Virus record (IMG/VR): IMGVR_UViG_3300049434_000014
Location: 1 to 64,000 of that record
Direction: 5' to 3' (one strand)
Origin: a virus
DNA: 64,000 nucleotides
Shown here: piece after piece, positions 9,661 to 19,906 of the stretch
How positions within the stretch are numbered: position 1 is the stretch's first letter
Layout of the letters: every line of letters begins with the position of its first letter
Notes under the pieces: model-generated
What the model saw: only the letters and a program-made list of their open reading frames with translations
Database searches by the model: none
What the model was told of the DNA's origin: nothing
Program-made: the position numbers and the translations under genes

Positions 9661-9983
9661 TGCCTAGGATTGACTTCTCTATGGTCGAGGTGTGTGTTGC
9701 CGGGTCCAAGGGGAAGACCTACGTGGTGGAGATCGTAGGTGGGATGCCGGTCTCGTGCTCGTGTCCTAACTATGAACACCGTGCAGGGCCTGACGGAACT
9801 ATGTGTAAGCACATGCGTATCCGATCTGGTCGTAGAGCCGTTGGAGTGACTAGGTGTGCGCTGTGTTCGGCATGGTTGTCTCCTGCTGAGATTGAGTCTC
9901 AACCTGAGCCAGAGACTCCGGACTCTGTGTATGATCAGGCGTTTGCCAGGGCGTGCGATGCATGTCGCCTCGTAGGGTCGTGA
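9660..9983 (+). CDS. SWIM zinc-finger protein
   Basis: CSC...CKH plus two CxxC pairs. Confidence 0.7.
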   Translation: MPRIDFSMVEVCVAGSKGKTYVVEIVGGMPVSCSCPNYEHRAGPDGTMCKHMRIRSGRRAVGVTRCALCSAWLSPAEIESQPEPETPDSVYDQAFARACDACRLVGS

Positions 9984-10112
9984 TTTGCTTTCACGGCGGT
10001 TAGAGGTAACATAGCTGTGCTATCCCGGCATGGTGTGCAGCAAGTGGTGGTGTTCGGGTAGTACCTTAATGTAAGTCAACTAATGTCGTTGTCGTCAAGT
10101 GTGAGGAGCAAC

Positions 10113-10538
10113 ATGGAGGTCAAGGGTTGGGCCGATCCTTCGGGTCGGCAGGCATCGAGCGGTGCTAATCAGGTCGTGGCAGACACCCTTCGGGCTGCAC
10201 CAATCGACCCTGAGACTGGTCTTCCGCACTGGGCGATCGTTGAAGAGCGATTGATTCCAGCTGATGCCGATGAGGCAAAGAATGTTCGGGCGAAGGCCAG
10301 TAACCGTGCGTCGCTGATCAAGCAGGGTCGTTTGAAGCCCTTCGCGGTTAAGGGCGTTTTCGATGCTGTCTCTCGTTCTGAGCGTCTTGAGAACGAAGAT
10401 GGCACGCCTGGTGAAGAGGTTGTGCGGGTCTACGCTCGCTACGGCGGCGAGGACCGGGAGAAGGAGCTTGTGGCTGAGGACAATGCTCGGCTTGAGGCTG
10501 AGAAGGCTGCGACTTCTGCGGTTCCTGCCAACGCGTAA
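10113..10538 (+). CDS. hypothetical protein
   Basis: GAGGAG RBS. Confidence 0.65.
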   Translation: MEVKGWADPSGRQASSGANQVVADTLRAAPIDPETGLPHWAIVEERLIPADADEAKNVRAKASNRASLIKQGRLKPFAVKGVFDAVSRSERLENEDGTPGEEVVRVYARYGGEDREKELVAEDNARLEAEKAATSAVPANA

Positions 10539-10547
10539 ACTGTCGAC

Positions 10548-11030
10548 ATGTCGACGGGAAACAGCGGAGGCATTGTGTCTGATCTTTTTCAGGCCGATGC
10601 CTCCGCTGTCGTTATTGGTGGGTGTCCTTTGTGTGCTGCTCCGGTCCTTTGGGCGTTCTCTGGCCGAGAGTCACCCGATCGGGTTCTGCTGGTGCCCGAT
10701 TCTGGTGTCAGGTTGTCGGTGGAGCCTGGTAGAACCGTGGTAGTAGCTTCGACCTCGGGCCGGTTGCAGTTAGCTGCTCCGTGGGTCTTTTGGTTGCATG
10801 TGTGTGACCCCAGAATCGTTACCAGCGAGATTGGGAGTTACACAGCAGACATTCTCGTGCATACTTGCCCCATCGATTCATGTCTTTCCCCTCCTGGTGA
10901 GCTGTGCGTCTCGCCTCGGTATGAGGTGTTGCCGAGGCCGCATGGCGCGAGGGTTGCTCTCGCAGCTGGTCGTCCCTGGAGCGACGAAGAGCTGATTAAT
11001 CCTGTGATGCAAGATCCTGATGAGGTATAG
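10548..11030 (+). CDS. hypothetical Cys/His-rich protein
   Basis: CPLC, HVC, CPIDSC..PGELC..H..R motifs. Confidence 0.55.
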   Translation: MSTGNSGGIVSDLFQADASAVVIGGCPLCAAPVLWAFSGRESPDRVLLVPDSGVRLSVEPGRTVVVASTSGRLQLAAPWVFWLHVCDPRIVTSEIGSYTADILVHTCPIDSCLSPPGELCVSPRYEVLPRPHGARVALAAGRPWSDEELINPVMQDPDEV

Positions 11031-11032
11031 AT

Positions 11033-11377
11033 ATGATGGGTCGCTGTAGCGCTTGCCCCTATGAGAGGGCTGTCGCTCACGTGTTCAAGCATCACCGGGT
11101 GTGTGAGGCTTTCGCTGCGCTGTATCAGTGTGACCCTGTGGCGGCTCTGGTCGACCCTGCCGTTGTCTACGCTGCCGCGCATCCTGCCGAGCCTGCTCCC
11201 GTGTTGGAGGCTCCCTCGGAACCGAAGCCTAAGAACCGACCTGTTCGCGCGGGTCGGCGTCCAGCTCCACCGCTTGCTCCCCCGGCGCCTCTACGCGTGT
11301 CTGGCCCGGTCACGGTGGAGTACTGGGCTTGGCAGCCTACGATGCTTGAAGAGCTACAGGCTGGCCAGAAAGTATAA
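11033..11377 (+). CDS. hypothetical protein with N-terminal Zn-binding motif
   Basis: CSAC..H...C; GAGG RBS. Confidence 0.55.
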   Translation: MMGRCSACPYERAVAHVFKHHRVCEAFAALYQCDPVAALVDPAVVYAAAHPAEPAPVLEAPSEPKPKNRPVRAGRRPAPPLAPPAPLRVSGPVTVEYWAWQPTMLEELQAGQKV

Positions 11378-11378
11378 C

Positions 11379-11407
11379 TTGCAAGGTCTACGAGGTCATG
11401 GTACGGT
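11379..11407 (+). promoter_or_regulatory. host housekeeping-sigma-type (early) promoter
   Basis: TTGCAA-17 bp-TACGGT with TG extension; same design as ten other promoters in the window. Confidence 0.75.
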
Positions 11408-11459
11408 TTGTCTTGTCAGCCACTCCAGCAGGGGGCGGCAAGGGCGAAGGGATCACAAG

Positions 11460-12284
11460 ATGTCGACTTCAGTAGTAATGGATTCAGATCACCGTACGGA
11501 TGGCAAGCGGTCAGTGAAGTTAGTGACTGTCCGTCCCGCGAGTCGCAACGGCGATGATGACAGCTTAGAGGAGATTTACGCCACCGAGAAGACTCCTAAC
11601 GCTGGCTCCGATGTGCTTGGCCGTCCGGTGGGCCACGTGGTGGCTCCTGAAGATCGGCTGCCGATCGTGACCGACTGGTCGGGGATGAAGGACTTTGTCA
11701 ACGCTCCCCCTTCCTATGATGTCTTTTACCGCCAGTACCTTTCTTACACTAAGTGGCTCGTGACTCGGTTCGGCGTTCCCGCATCGGATCTAGATGATGT
11801 CGTGATTGATATCATCATGCGCTTCATGGAGCGCGATTCGATTGGTGTGTTCTCCGGTGAATGGTCGACGCGTAGCGCTACGGGTAAGTCGAATTTCCGT
11901 TCCTACTACTCGAGGTTCGTTGTCACCTACGCCCGTGGCAAGAATCGTAACGTGCATAAGCACAATAGCCGCAATCTTTTGATCTGTGATGCTTCTGTTG
12001 ACGATGAGGGCAGCACGTCTTGGTTGGATGTTAATGCCCCTACTTCGTCATTCGAAGACGACGCTGTCGGCTCTATGGACTTCGATGGTCTGGTGTCGTC
12101 GCTGCGGGCCAAGGTCAAGCCTGAGCTGGCCGATGCTGTTGACGCTGTGGTTGAGATGTCGATGGGCGCACCGTCTATCAAGGTCGCCGAGTTGGCTCGC
12201 AAGCTTGGCGTCTCACAGCGGGTCGCCAATGATCAGCTTGCTGCGGTCCGTTCGGTCCTGGGCGATCTGGTCGGATCCCGGTAG
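11460..12284 (+). CDS. RNA polymerase sigma-factor-like protein
   Basis: Region-2-like FYRQY...DLDDVVIDI...NFRSYYSRFV; C-terminal HTH VAELARKLGVSQRVA. Confidence 0.65.
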   Translation: MSTSVVMDSDHRTDGKRSVKLVTVRPASRNGDDDSLEEIYATEKTPNAGSDVLGRPVGHVVAPEDRLPIVTDWSGMKDFVNAPPSYDVFYRQYLSYTKWLVTRFGVPASDLDDVVIDIIMRFMERDSIGVFSGEWSTRSATGKSNFRSYYSRFVVTYARGKNRNVHKHNSRNLLICDASVDDEGSTSWLDVNAPTSSFEDDAVGSMDFDGLVSSLRAKVKPELADAVDAVVEMSMGAPSIKVAELARKLGVSQRVANDQLAAVRSVLGDLVGSR

Positions 12285-12292
12285 GATCTTGC

Positions 12293-13159
12293 ATGGTTTG
12301 TCGCGAACCTAAGGGGCGACCCCAGTTTCTTTCGAGACTGGGGTCGCTTCCTGTATGTTCATTACTTCGTGCTCCGGCGTCTACGGGTAAGCGTACGACC
12401 GCTGAGTATCTCGCCGACCAGGCTGGTGTCCTTTCCATTGATCGGCGAATGATTCCGGCGCCTTATTGGAAAGACGAGACGTTCATTGAGCCCGAGTTGT
12501 CTGTGGAGATGGTTCGGGACATGATTGTGTGGGCGCGTACCGCGCCGCGCTCGCCAGCAGGCAAGGTCGCCATCATTCGCCTGGATCATGTCCGGGCTGA
12601 CGGGTCCTCCTGGCGGGCTTCGCCTCGGTGTGTCACGGCGCTGTTGAAGACCCTTGAGGAGCCTCCTGAGGGCGTGCGCTTCATCTTGCTGGCTAGTGGT
12701 CCGGTGGCCTCTACGATCGTCTCACGGGCTGTCTGTGTCTCAGCAGGGCTGTTACCTACTGAGGTGGTCGCTGAGATCCTCTACGAGGTCTCTGATCTCG
12801 ACCGCGCGGGTGCTGTTGAGGTCGCGTCGCTAGGACATGGCAGCGTCGCTGCAGCGTTGGCTGCGAAGGCTGGCGCGGTGGGTTCGCTTGAGGCAGTGTT
12901 AGGAGTGTTGGGCGATATCGCGTCTGCTGATCCTGAGGCTGCGTTTGCTCGAGCGCGGGAATGGACACATGCTCAGACGTCGTTGCTGTTGAGAGCTGCG
13001 CATGAACGTGTGACAGGAAAGTTCAGCTCATTCAGTGAGAGGGATTTATCCTCCCTGTCGTTGTCACAAGCTATGGCTGTGCTTAGTGTGGTGAGGAGAG
13101 TCGAGGGGGCACGACCTAGACTTGTATTGGGGGCGGTAGTTGCTGCTTTATCCAGCTGA
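12293..13159 (+). CDS. DNA polymerase III delta-prime-like clamp-loader subunit
   Basis: ALLKTLEEPP..VRFIL, TIVSR; degenerate Walker A APASTGKRT. Confidence 0.75.
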   Translation: MVCREPKGRPQFLSRLGSLPVCSLLRAPASTGKRTTAEYLADQAGVLSIDRRMIPAPYWKDETFIEPELSVEMVRDMIVWARTAPRSPAGKVAIIRLDHVRADGSSWRASPRCVTALLKTLEEPPEGVRFILLASGPVASTIVSRAVCVSAGLLPTEVVAEILYEVSDLDRAGAVEVASLGHGSVAAALAAKAGAVGSLEAVLGVLGDIASADPEAAFARAREWTHAQTSLLLRAAHERVTGKFSSFSERDLSSLSLSQAMAVLSVVRRVEGARPRLVLGAVVAALSS

Positions 13160-13185
13160 CCGTAAACATAAGTGAAGGAGTCGGG

Positions 13186-13590
13186 ATGGCTGTTGACGCA
13201 GCAACCTTGGAACGAATCAAGATGGTTAAGCAGGCTTTAGAGGCTGCTGTGACCGCTGCGCTTCCGCTTGCTGATTCTGATGTTACGTTTCGTGACCAGA
13301 TGGATGTGTTGGAGAAAGCAGCTCGCGAGGGTGATGTCAATCCTGTAGATTACCTAGATCGATACAAGAAGTTAGGTGAGACATCGTCTGTTCGTGATCT
13401 CGCAGACAAGGATTTTAAGTACGCACTGACTGTTCTTGGAGTGGACCCCAATAGCGATTACGGTCTGTCTGTTATTCTTTCGGCGTCGCAAACTGCCAAT
13501 CTAGTAGTAGCTCTGGCGCGGGTGTTGGGAATCTCGCCCGAGGAGGTTTGGCAGGGTTATCTCTTTAGGGACCAAGCCACCGAGGAATAA
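13186..13590 (+). CDS. hypothetical protein
   Basis: AAGGAG RBS. Confidence 0.65.
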   Translation: MAVDAATLERIKMVKQALEAAVTAALPLADSDVTFRDQMDVLEKAAREGDVNPVDYLDRYKKLGETSSVRDLADKDFKYALTVLGVDPNSDYGLSVILSASQTANLVVALARVLGISPEEVWQGYLFRDQATEE

Positions 13591-13591
13591 T

Positions 13592-13936
13592 ATGTCGTCT
13601 GGGGATCCGTCTGTGCCTGATATTAATACTGAATTAGAACAGGCTGCGGACGTTGAGAAATTAGATGCTGTTCGACGGATCAATCAGAGGAAGCTCGCTG
13701 AGATTCGTTCTCAGCGAGCTGACCTTGATCCGTTGGGTGTGTATACAAAGAGACTTGAGTTGTTCATTGGTTGTGTGTGGCCGGAGGGTTCTCCGTACCG
13801 AATCCTTTTCGAGCTTGAATACGAATCCCAGATGGCTCAGGTTCTTGATCAGGCTCTCGCGGAGATTCGTAAGGCTCGCCTTGCTGCAACCATCACTCCT
13901 CCCGATGGTTCAGGGCTGATCATTCCTAAAGGGTAG
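13592..13936 (+). CDS. hypothetical protein
   Basis: GAGGA RBS; ends at motif TAG. Confidence 0.65.
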   Translation: MSSGDPSVPDINTELEQAADVEKLDAVRRINQRKLAEIRSQRADLDPLGVYTKRLELFIGCVWPEGSPYRILFELEYESQMAQVLDQALAEIRKARLAATITPPDGSGLIIPKG

Positions 13937-13944
13937 TACCTGCT

Positions 13945-15039
13945 GTGCCTTCCGCATTGCAGTGGCTTACGAGTTCGACGAAGACCCTTCATCGCGTGTT
14001 TGACGTATTCGGACCGGACGCGACGCTACGTACCGACGTCGTGATTGAAATCGAGCGACGAGTCGCCGCGTCCGAGCGGGTGGCTCTGTCGGCTGCGGAA
14101 GTGTCCGATGACGAGATTTGGCGAGTGGTATCCACGTCGCCTCTCGCTGGCGTTGCGTCTCGACTCGTGGTCGTTTCATACGCTGATCGTATCAAGAAAT
14201 GGCACGGTCTTACGCATTTTATAAAGAACAAGGCTGCATACTCTGAGACGACGTTATTGCTTTTGTCTGAGCGTGCCGGGGCGGGTGTCCGGCAGCGTTC
14301 TACGAAGAAGGGCGGTCTTCCGGGTAAGTATGTTTGGGAGACTGTATTAACTGAGTGGGAAGATGCTGTCCGCTCCTACGCAGCAGGTTGTGCGATCTCG
14401 TGTACCACTCCGTCGATCGAGTTGCCGTCTACCGGCAACCGTGGCGGTGTGGGTGCGATGTCGTCGCTGGCGCGGTGGCTGTCGTTGCGTTTGGAGGTCT
14501 CTCAGCAGCAGGCTGAGTATCTGTGGTCTCGCACGGGTGAGCAGTCTTCGTTGGCTCGTGACGTGGTCGATCAGCTTCGGCTGTCTGGTATCCCCAGCGC
14601 ACGTTCTATTGGGATGACGGAGTTTCGTGCTGCGGTTAATGCGGTGTTGACTGCGCATGGTTCAGAGGATTTCGCCGAGCTTGTGCTGTTTGGCCGTAAA
14701 CAATTGGCATTGACTTCGCTGGCTGACCATTCTTTTTCGTCAGCAGACTGGTCTCGCATCATCGGGTATCTGTCGCAGCGTTTGGATTGGCTCGCGCCGT
14801 TGAATGTCGCGCTGGCAACTAATGAAAGACTAGATCAAGTGCAGCGACGGTTGGGTATTCACCGTAAGTACATTCTCCACTATGCACATCGTGAAGATCC
14901 TGCACATAACATTGCAAAGCATTATGACCGTGTGCGCGTGTTGCGTTGTCGTCAGTTACTTGCTGACTTAGATGCGAGTCTCGCAGCCGTTCCGGGCGTG
15001 CCTGCAGCGTTTGGCGAAGTACTCTTAGCGTCGTGGTAG
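13945..15039 (+). CDS. DNA polymerase III delta (HolA)-like protein
   Basis: N-terminal pattern (F.G.D..LR; SPL....RLVVV..AD) resembles HolA; sits between delta'-like gene and polymerase. Confidence 0.45.
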   Translation: MPSALQWLTSSTKTLHRVFDVFGPDATLRTDVVIEIERRVAASERVALSAAEVSDDEIWRVVSTSPLAGVASRLVVVSYADRIKKWHGLTHFIKNKAAYSETTLLLLSERAGAGVRQRSTKKGGLPGKYVWETVLTEWEDAVRSYAAGCAISCTTPSIELPSTGNRGGVGAMSSLARWLSLRLEVSQQQAEYLWSRTGEQSSLARDVVDQLRLSGIPSARSIGMTEFRAAVNAVLTAHGSEDFAELVLFGRKQLALTSLADHSFSSADWSRIIGYLSQRLDWLAPLNVALATNERLDQVQRRLGIHRKYILHYAHREDPAHNIAKHYDRVRVLRCRQLLADLDASLAAVPGVPAAFGEVLLASW

Positions 15040-15048
15040 GACCGTGCC

Positions 15049-15240
15049 ATGTCTCGCCAGGGTAGTCGCGCTCGTCGGCTGGTGAGGTGCGTCCGTTGTG
15101 GACAGATGGTTTCTAAAGATACAGCTCAGCTGGGCTCTATCGGCTGGGTAGGAGGATCTTGTCTGGCATCGGAGTTGTCCAGGGCTCGTAATGAGACTCC
15201 GAATACTGGGGCAAGCGAGATCATTGTAGGGGAGGATTAA
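15049..15240 (+). CDS. small Cys-containing protein
   Basis: CVRC; start 12 nt after motif. Confidence 0.5.
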   Translation: MSRQGSRARRLVRCVRCGQMVSKDTAQLGSIGWVGGSCLASELSRARNETPNTGASEIIVGED

Positions 15241-15243
15241 TCT

Positions 15244-17271
15244 GTGGCTGTTGATTGTGGACTATTGGTCGATCTTAAGCAGATTGAGCGGTTGTATTCT
15301 CGACTTGCCACAATCGAAGACGGCTTCGGTTTTGACATTGAAGGCGGATACGATGGTCCGGCTCGGGAGAAGTTCTCATTGCATCCCGAGACTGCCACCC
15401 TTGCGGGTGTGTCTGTATCTGGGGATCCTTCGTGGGCTCGGTATACTGCGACGAAGTGGCGCGGCGGTGCAATGTCTGATCGGGTTAAGCTCGAGTACAT
15501 TCGTTTGCTGGCCGTGCTGCTCGGTTCGGGTAAGGGAATTGCACATAACTCGAAGTTCGAATTGACTCATCTTGCTCGGGAATTTCGCGATTACTTGTCG
15601 TCATCGGAGTTGCGTGAGGCTGGCCTCGAGCCTAACGGTTATTTCCCTATTTTCTCAGACTCGATGATTGAGGCTTACCTGTTAGGTGAGTTCCGTTCTC
15701 ATGGTTTGAAGTACTTGACTGAACTAGTGTTTGGTTACAAGCAAGCTGCTATCACTGACTTGTTCCCTCCTATGACGGAGAAGCAACAGAAGTCACTTCG
15801 GTTCACTGAGTTGGATTTGACTCCTGCTGTTATTTCATATGCTTGCGACGATGCTGCGTTTTCTCTCGCTTTGTCACATAGGCATCGTCCTCGTGTCGCG
15901 GGCAAGCTTCTCTATCGAGTGGAGATGGCGATCGTGCCCATCGTCGCTCAGATGGAGGACTACGGTGTTCAGTTCGACTGGGCTTCGATGGCTCGGGTTG
16001 AGGCTGAAGCGGAGCGGTTTGCTACCGCCATGCGTACAGAGATCATGCATGACTTGTCTATTACTTTGGACAAGCCTATTGACATTAACCTCAACTCGTC
16101 AGCACAAGTTTACGATGTTCTTTATAACCAGTTGAATCTTCGCACTACTAGAATGACGAAAGGTAGTGCGAAGACTCCTCCCAAGATGAGTACTGACGAG
16201 AAGGCGCTTGCTGGCTTAGCTAAGAAGCATGGTGCGGTGCGTCGCATCTTGGAGTACCGCGAGCTTAAGAAGTTGAACAGTTCATACCTCACGAAGTATC
16301 CACGTGATTTTGATTATGCTAAGGATGGTCGTACTCACCCCAGTCACGAGCAGACACGTATTGTCTCAGGTCGATTTGCTGTTTCGAGTCCTGGGTATCA
16401 ACAACTCCCGAAGAAGTATCGCTATGTGTTGTCCTCTGGCGCGGAGTTTAATCTAAAGTTCCGTGACTTCGTGATGGCTGGACCAGGCCATTACTTCATT
16501 GGATTTGACTACGCGCAGATTGAGTTGCGTGTAATTGCAGGGTTCTCACAAGAGCCTGCGATGCTTAAGGCATTCAACGAGGGTATAGATATTCACAAGA
16601 TGACCGGTTCGTTGTTGTTCGGTGTGCCTATGGATGATGTCACTGATGATCAGCGTGGTGTCGGCAAGACCCAGAACTTCGCTGTGAGCTTCGGTCAGGG
16701 TGTGAAGGGCATTGCTGATCGTCTCGGGATCTCTGTCGAGGAAGCAAAGATCTACTTTGATAAGTACTTTGATACGTTTGCGTCACTGAAATCGTGGATC
16801 AACAAGCAGACGATGGAGGGTGTGGCTAACGGTTATACGATTTCGAAGTTTGGGCGCAAGCACCCTATCTGGGAGCTGGAGTCGGAGTCGTCTGCAATCC
16901 GTGGCACGGGTGAGCGTTTGTGTGTGAACGCCCCAGTGCAGGGCTCTGCAGCGGATCTGATGAAGATCGCGATGGTCCGGGCGCAGCGCAGGCTTAAAGA
17001 AGCTGGGCTGGCTGATCGGGTTCATCTGATCATGAACATCCACGATGCTCTGGTGTGGGAAGCGGAGCTGGGTGTCTCGCCTCAGACAATCATCGATATT
17101 GTGCATCCTGAGGTCTGTCTTGACATCGAAGACTGGCCGCGTATTGAGGCTGAGTGGGAAGTCGGTTTGCGTTGGGGTTCGATGACCAAGCTTTCACTTG
17201 ATGCAAATAACAAGATCGTCGTGCCTAAACGTGAGACTGTTCAGGAGCCTCAGCTTGCGATGGCTGGGTAG
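15244..17271 (+). CDS. polA: family A DNA polymerase with 3'-5' exonuclease domain
   Basis: ExoI DIE, HNSKFE, YACDDA; motif A DYAQIELR; motif B R..GK..NF; NAPVQGSAAD; motif C IHDAL. Confidence 0.95.
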   Translation: MAVDCGLLVDLKQIERLYSRLATIEDGFGFDIEGGYDGPAREKFSLHPETATLAGVSVSGDPSWARYTATKWRGGAMSDRVKLEYIRLLAVLLGSGKGIAHNSKFELTHLAREFRDYLSSSELREAGLEPNGYFPIFSDSMIEAYLLGEFRSHGLKYLTELVFGYKQAAITDLFPPMTEKQQKSLRFTELDLTPAVISYACDDAAFSLALSHRHRPRVAGKLLYRVEMAIVPIVAQMEDYGVQFDWASMARVEAEAERFATAMRTEIMHDLSITLDKPIDINLNSSAQVYDVLYNQLNLRTTRMTKGSAKTPPKMSTDEKALAGLAKKHGAVRRILEYRELKKLNSSYLTKYPRDFDYAKDGRTHPSHEQTRIVSGRFAVSSPGYQQLPKKYRYVLSSGAEFNLKFRDFVMAGPGHYFIGFDYAQIELRVIAGFSQEPAMLKAFNEGIDIHKMTGSLLFGVPMDDVTDDQRGVGKTQNFAVSFGQGVKGIADRLGISVEEAKIYFDKYFDTFASLKSWINKQTMEGVANGYTISKFGRKHPIWELESESSAIRGTGERLCVNAPVQGSAADLMKIAMVRAQRRLKEAGLADRVHLIMNIHDALVWEAELGVSPQTIIDIVHPEVCLDIEDWPRIEAEWEVGLRWGSMTKLSLDANNKIVVPKRETVQEPQLAMAG

Positions 17272-17279
17272 TATTGGTT

Positions 17280-17516
17280 ATGAGTTCAGTTTCGTATACA
17301 CCACTCGAGATGAGAGAGTGGCTTCAGTCTGAAGACGTTGAAGTTGTTTCAGATACTCCCCCGTATGATCGTTTTGTGATTCTTGAGTGCGGTCGTTGGT
17401 TTCTCGAACGTGTCCCTTCGTTTAGGACTCATGGGTTTCCTGGACCTCGGGACCGAAAGTGTCCAGATTCAGACAAGGATCGTTGCAGAGTTCTGATGTA
17501 TGTTCCGTGTCGGTAA
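17280..17516 (+). CDS. hypothetical protein
   Basis: Start 11 nt after GGGTAGTAT. Confidence 0.5.
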   Translation: MSSVSYTPLEMREWLQSEDVEVVSDTPPYDRFVILECGRWFLERVPSFRTHGFPGPRDRKCPDSDKDRCRVLMYVPCR

Positions 17517-17532
17517 TCGGGTAGTACTGAGC

Positions 17533-17943
17533 ATGACTACTGAGCAACCCAAGACGGTATATCCTGTCCTCTGGAATGATAGACATGCTGATCCAGATGT
17601 GTACGTGTTCGCTAATGCCGACGATGCTGTTCGGTGGGCGAAGTCGAAGGTTCGTGAGCTGGAGCCTTCAGAGCTAGACGAAGAGTTGACTCCATCCATG
17701 GCGGCTGCGGGATGGCTCTATTACGGTCGTTACTCTCTTGAGGGTGACTACATTCGGGTTACGTCTGCTGAGGTTAAGGAATCTTTTGTAGAAGTTACTG
17801 ACGCGATGATCGACGCTGCTGCTGAGGTTTTGGGTAGCGCTGTCAGTGCTGATACTGAGTATTCTCTTACTCGGGAGCTGAGTCGTAGGGATTACCGAGA
17901 CATGATTGAGGCGGCTTTGAAGACTCAGGGAGGTAACACATGA
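17533..17943 (+). CDS. hypothetical protein
   Basis: Start 11 nt after GGGTAGTAC. Confidence 0.65.
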   Translation: MTTEQPKTVYPVLWNDRHADPDVYVFANADDAVRWAKSKVRELEPSELDEELTPSMAAAGWLYYGRYSLEGDYIRVTSAEVKESFVEVTDAMIDAAAEVLGSAVSADTEYSLTRELSRRDYRDMIEAALKTQGGNT

Positions 17944-18269
17944 TTGTTATGGAGGGCGAGTCCTTCGAGCTGACTGACGGTAAGTGGCTGAAGCTTGAGT
18001 TGTCTGTTAATGACACTGACCTTGAGCGTCAACTTGTCGACTGGGATATTCCAGATGCACTTGCAGCTGTACCCCTTCTGCCTGGCTCACTAGTTTACGA
18101 CATTCTCTCTGTGCTGGCGCAGCGGTTGCTCACCGCGCGGGCTTATGCGTCTGGTGGTTATACGAATGAAGAGGCACGGATGCGTCTAGGCGAGCTTAAT
18201 GCGCGTGCGAATAAACAATACGAAAAGGTGCAGTCTTTGATACACCTTTCGGAGCAGAAGAGTGGCTGA
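17940..18269 (+). CDS. hypothetical protein
   Basis: GGAGG RBS, ATGA overlap. Confidence 0.65.
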   Translation: MIVMEGESFELTDGKWLKLELSVNDTDLERQLVDWDIPDALAAVPLLPGSLVYDILSVLAQRLLTARAYASGGYTNEEARMRLGELNARANKQYEKVQSLIHLSEQKSG

Positions 18270-18765
18270 CATTATCGATCTCGCCTCGGATCTGGATCGC
18301 CTGATCGAGGAGGCGCTACGGCTGCGTCAGAGCGAAGCTCTGCCCTCGATCGATCAGGGGCCTGCTGAGGTACTGGCGCAGCTCGCTCTGGTCCGTACGA
18401 GGCTAGACAGGCTTGAAGAGCTGTTGTCTATCGCGGTGCGGTTCCGTGGTCGCATTCGAGAAGCGCTCAAGGCGGCGAACGCGTCGGTCGAGGATCGCTG
18501 GGCTGAGGTCGTCTCGGCTCCTAGCCGTCGTCCTCGCGCGGGCTCGGACGGGTGGTCCGGGTCAGCGCCACGTGAGCGATATGCCGAAGCTGATTTAGCT
18601 ACGTTAGATCAGAAGCGTGTACAGCGTCGTGTAGAGAAGTCTTCTGATTTGGCTAACGATGCAGTTGACTTGATTAGACAAGCTCATCGTGGATTGGATT
18701 CTACGCGTCTTGACTTGCATTTGATCCTGCGTGCGATGAGTGTCGAATCCTTTCTTGAGCGGTGA
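18262..18765 (+). CDS. coiled-coil protein, possible recombination mediator
   Basis: Helical; next to SSB; function inferred from context only. Confidence 0.5.
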   Translation: MADIIDLASDLDRLIEEALRLRQSEALPSIDQGPAEVLAQLALVRTRLDRLEELLSIAVRFRGRIREALKAANASVEDRWAEVVSAPSRRPRAGSDGWSGSAPRERYAEADLATLDQKRVQRRVEKSSDLANDAVDLIRQAHRGLDSTRLDLHLILRAMSVESFLER

Positions 18766-18881
18766 GTCTGTCGGGGCTATTCGGTAGGACTGAACAGCAC
18801 AATCCGCTCGGGAGTGTGCAAGCGACGTTGGCCACACAGTGATGGTGGTTGTCGCACCTAACAAGAGAGAATGAGAGAAAA

Positions 18882-19880
18882 ATGCCTCAGACTACGTTCC
18901 ATACGGACAATGTTCGGACTTCAGCTACTGGGTTTCCGAAGCTGAAGCTTGATCACGGACAGATTGTTCGACTGGTTTGTATTGAGCAAGGCCCCACTTT
19001 TGAGTGGGTGCATCAGCTGCAGAAGCCTCGCAAGTCTCCGGTCACCGGTAAGGCTGTTATGGTGACGCGGAAGCGTAAGAGTGGCGAGGAGTATCAGGAT
19101 TACGATCAGGAATTCGTGGGTGCACCTATCTGTCTGGGTGACCCTGATATCCTGGCTGAGAAGGGCGTCGACCCGGATCACTGCCCGCTGTGTGAGGCTT
19201 CTACGGGTGATGAGGCTTTCCGTGGGCCGCAGCGTCGGTTCGCTATCCACGTTCTGAAGTACTCGACTAAGACCGGCTCCGGTACTATCACCGAACCGTT
19301 TAGTGTTGAGACTTTGGTGTGGGTGCTTAGTGATAATCGTTTCTCTGCGTTGGCTTCCATCTTCACGGAGCACGCTCCTGACGGTGAGCAGCCTGATCCG
19401 CGCAAGGTTGACCTCGTACTGGGACCGTGCACGAATGCGAGTTTCCAGAACTACGAGATCAAGGCGGGTGCGAAGTGCGAGATGCTGCAGTCGCAGGAGC
19501 GCTTGCAGCGGGCGATGACCACCTATCAGGAAAACCACGCTCCGGATCTCACCCCTTACTGCGGGCGTGTGACCGAGCGTCGGTGGATTGAGCAGATGAT
19601 CGAGGAGATTCAGGAACGCTACGCCGAGATCCGCGCGGGTGGTGCTCCGGTTTCCATTCCTGATGTGTCGACTACGTTGGATTCTTCGCTGTTGGATTCG
19701 ACTCCGTCTACGGTCTCTCCTACTAGCTCCACTCCGAAGACTTCTGCAGCTACGGCTGAGTTGGCGACGGCTGTGGAGACGGTGGTAACGGCGGATGAGG
19801 CTCCTGCTCAGGAGGCGGATCCTAAGGGTGAAGACACTTCATTCGAAGATCTGCTCGCGTCGCTTACCCCTTCGAAGTAA
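18882..19880 (+). CDS. gp32-like single-stranded DNA-binding protein
   Basis: H..C..CPLC Zn site, low-complexity linker, acidic C-terminus (EDTSFEDLLASL); precedes RusA and RecA. Confidence 0.65.
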   Translation: MPQTTFHTDNVRTSATGFPKLKLDHGQIVRLVCIEQGPTFEWVHQLQKPRKSPVTGKAVMVTRKRKSGEEYQDYDQEFVGAPICLGDPDILAEKGVDPDHCPLCEASTGDEAFRGPQRRFAIHVLKYSTKTGSGTITEPFSVETLVWVLSDNRFSALASIFTEHAPDGEQPDPRKVDLVLGPCTNASFQNYEIKAGAKCEMLQSQERLQRAMTTYQENHAPDLTPYCGRVTERRWIEQMIEEIQERYAEIRAGGAPVSIPDVSTTLDSSLLDSTPSTVSPTSSTPKTSAATAELATAVETVVTADEAPAQEADPKGEDTSFEDLLASLTPSK

Positions 19881-19906
19881 ATGACTGAGAGCGATCGGGT
19901 CGAGAA

